Made by a program: the position numbers and the translations under genes | Shown here: piece after piece, positions 61,886 to 64,000 of the stretch | Layout: every line of letters starts with the position of its first letter | How positions within the stretch are numbered: position 1 is the first letter of the stretch | NCBI GenBank assembly: GCA_963733035.1 | Contig: CAVTBU010000001.1 | Span: forward strand, 1-64,000 | Reading direction: 5' to 3' | DNA: 64,000 nucleotides | Origin: Pirellulales bacterium | GTDB lineage: Bacteria > Planctomycetota > Planctomycetia > Pirellulales > PALSA-1355 | Notes under the pieces: model-generated | Databases searched by the model: none | What the model was told of the DNA's origin: nothing | The model's input: only the letters and a program-made list of their open reading frames with translations

Positions 61886-62589
61886 GCCAACTCGCCAGGC
61901 GGATTGCCGACAACCTGGCCAAAGTTCGCGAGCGCATCGCCGCCGCGGCCGAGCGCAGCGGCCGAATTGCCGAATCCGTCACGCTGGTGGCAATCACCAA
62001 GTATGTTCCACCGCAGGCGGCCGCCGCGGTCGTCGAAGCCGGTTGTCACGATTTGGGCGAAAGTCGCCCCCAGGAACTCTGGTCCAAGGCGGCGACGCTG
62101 GCCGATTCGACCATTCGCTGGCACATGGTCGGACACTTGCAGCGCAACAAGGTCCGCCGCACGCTCCCGCTGATGCACCTGATGCAGTCGATCGACAGCC
62201 TGCGTATTTTGGAAGCTCTGGAGGAAGAATCCCAGGCCCAGCAGCGTTCGCTTCCCGCGTTGCTCGAAATCAACGTCTCGGGCGACGCGACCAAGACCGG
62301 CTTACCTCCGGACGAACTTGAACTTGTCGTCGAGCGGTCCGCGACGCTCCGCTACGTGGAAATCCGCGGATTGATGGGCATGGCCCGCCTTGAAGGTAAC
62401 GACGAAACCGCGCGAAACGACTTCATTCAGCTGCGCAGCCTGCGCGACCGCCTGCAATCGCGGGTCGGCACGAATCTGTCGCTGCGCGAACTCTCGATGG
62501 GAATGAGCGGCGACTTTGAAGTTGCAATCGAAGAGGGGGCCACGATCGTTCGCCTCGGATCGATTCTGTTCGAAGGCGTCGACACATGA
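61882..62589 (+). CDS. yggS: YggS family PLP homeostasis protein
   Basis: LVAITKY, LGESRPQE, WHMVGHLQRNK, LSMGMSGDFEVAIEEGATIVRLGS. Confidence 0.95.
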   Translation: MSQLARRIADNLAKVRERIAAAAERSGRIAESVTLVAITKYVPPQAAAAVVEAGCHDLGESRPQELWSKAATLADSTIRWHMVGHLQRNKVRRTLPLMHLMQSIDSLRILEALEEESQAQQRSLPALLEINVSGDATKTGLPPDELELVVERSATLRYVEIRGLMGMARLEGNDETARNDFIQLRSLRDRLQSRVGTNLSLRELSMGMSGDFEVAIEEGATIVRLGSILFEGVDT

Positions 62590-62906
62590 TCGCGCTGGAG
62601 CCGCATGCCGAGGGAACGATCCTGCCCGTCCGCGCTCAGGCCGGCGCGCGTCGCAACGGCATCAAGGGCATTCACGCCGGCGCGCTGCAGGTGATGGTCA
62701 CGCAGGCCCCAGAAAAAGGCAAAGCCAACAAGGCCATCATCGCCGTCCTTGCGGAATCGCTCAGCCTACGCAAGAGCCAGTTCGAACTGATCTGGGGCGA
62801 AACATCACCGCTGAAGCGGTTCTTGGTGCGTGGCATCGCATCGGATGAGCTGAACGAAAAGGCTTCCGCAGCCATGCGAGCCGGCGACCACGAAACGCTG
62901 CCCTAG
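62586..62906 (+). CDS. yggU: DUF167 / YggU family protein
   Basis: [30 protein letters not shown]. Confidence 0.88.
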   Translation: MIALEPHAEGTILPVRAQAGARRNGIKGIHAGALQVMVTQAPEKGKANKAIIAVLAESLSLRKSQFELIWGETSPLKRFLVRGIASDELNEKASAAMRAGDHETLP

Positions 62907-63382
62907 CCGTCGAAGCGAATTTCGAGAATCTGGAAACTCATCGTTCCCTTGGGCACGGGGATTTCGACCTTTTCACCCTTTTTCTTGCCCATCAGGCCTT
63001 GGGCCAGGGGGCTGGTGACGTTGATCTTGCCGGCGTCGTAGTCTTCTTCGCCGGCGCCCACCAGAATGAAGATCTCCTCGTCGTCAAAGTCGAGGTCCTT
63101 CACTACCACCGTGGCTCCAAAAACCACTTCGTCCTTGGGCAGCTTGGACACGTCAACGATGCTGGACCGGGCCAGCTTGTCGCGAAGCAGATTGATCTTG
63201 GCTTGCAGCATGCCCTGCGACTCGCGGGCACCATGATATTCGGCGTTTTCGCTCAAATCGCCTTCGCTGCGCGCCTCCGCAATCCGGGCGGCGGCGGCCG
63301 GCATTTCGACTTGCTCCAGATGGTCCAGTTCGGCCTTGATCTTGTCGTAGCCGACTCGAGTCATGGGAATCAGGTCAGACAT
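62903..63382 (-). CDS. greA: Transcription elongation factor GreA
   Basis: [40 protein letters not shown]. Confidence 0.95.
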   Translation of the reverse strand: MSDLIPMTRVGYDKIKAELDHLEQVEMPAAAARIAEARSEGDLSENAEYHGARESQGMLQAKINLLRDKLARSSIVDVSKLPKDEVVFGATVVVKDLDFDDEEIFILVGAGEEDYDAGKINVTSPLAQGLMGKKKGEKVEIPVPKGTMSFQILEIRFDG

Positions 63383-63411
63383 AGGTGCACCCAAGCATAA
63401 TCGTAGAGGCG

Positions 63412-63442
63412 AAAAAAAAGGGCCTCCTCGAGCGAGGAGACC
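63412..63442 (-). terminator. Intrinsic terminator about 30 nt upstream of the greA start codon
   Basis: Minus strand GGTCTCCTC-GCTC-GAGGAGGCC-C-T8: 9-bp stem plus U8 tract. Confidence 0.85.
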
Positions 63443-63541
63443 AACTACACCGTGCATTTTGATCGAATCGAGCCGTACTGTAAACCGCGAAATTAGAGGC
63501 CACTCACCGACCGCCGCGTGTCGAATCATGCGCCCGGCTGA

Positions 63542-64000
63542 TCAACCCGCCCCGGGCGTTCGATCTTCGGGCTTGTAGATTAACCGCCCGCAATTTCGGC
63601 AGACAATTGCACGCGACATTTGCAATTCCGAAAGGTTGTTGGGCGTGAGCTGCTGATAGCAGCCGCCGCAAAATTCCCCTTGAACTTCGGCCATGGCGTC
63701 CTCGCCCTTGCTTTTGACCAGCCGCCGATACGTTTCCAGGAAGTCGGCGGGCAGGCCGCTTTCTGCCTGCTGCAGGTCTGCTTCCAGGCGTTTGATATCG
63801 TCGTCGACCATGCCCGCCTGCTCGCGAACCGTCTGCTCCGTTTTGCTAAGCTCGGCCTTGGCCGCCTCGATGTTCTTTTGCTGCTCGTGCATGTGGGCGG
63901 CCAGCTCGTCGATCTTTTCCATTGCCTCCAGAATCTCGTCGGCCAGCACACTGCCGGCCATCTGGTCGGCGGCAATTTGATCCTTGAGGGCCTGGTACTC
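63542..64000 (-). CDS. Coiled-coil C4 zinc-ribbon protein (DUF164/CT398-like), 5'-truncated by the window edge
   Basis: Long coiled coil, then Y.RL...KG..AMA.V...CGGC...CRNCGRLIY. Confidence 0.85.
   Translation of the reverse strand, partial: EYQALKDQIAADQMAGSVLADEILEAMEKIDELAAHMHEQQKNIEAAKAELSKTEQTVREQAGMVDDDIKRLEADLQQAESGLPADFLETYRRLVKSKGEDAMAEVQGEFCGGCYQQLTPNNLSELQMSRAIVCRNCGRLIYKPEDRTPGAG

Overview
GC-rich bacterial chromosome segment. The gene content (DUF1501, DUF1549/DUF1553, planctomycete cytochrome c-WD40-PPC, DUF1598, DUF1570, YdjY) points to Planctomycetota, probably Pirellulales; this is inferred from remembered family motifs, with no database search. It holds about 45 protein genes: sugar/aldehyde metabolism genes, an orphan PAS histidine kinase, a MacAB-TolC-like efflux operon, a near-identical tandem pair of DUF1598 genes, a PEP-CTERM protein, a multi-CBM GH13 enzyme, a yqjDEK-like operon, a xanthine-dehydrogenase-family operon with MoaD, a DUF1501 module, ArnT and PAP2, prkA(yeaG)-yeaH-spoVR plus a coupled fourth gene, hemQ, yggS-yggU and greA. 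I saw no rRNA, tRNA, CRISPR array or transposase. Five genes carry single frameshifts, most likely long-read assembly errors. The most notable items are: (1) a lone inserted gene with TerB-like + 2xSAP + PD-(D/E)XK nuclease architecture, a candidate defence protein; (2) an inserted ~1130 aa protein with a Venus-flytrap-like domain and ~10-11 TM helices; (3) an intrinsic terminator in the greA leader; (4) sigma54-type promoters before two general-stress operons, with a long structured prkA leader; (5) the homogenised DUF1598 duplication.
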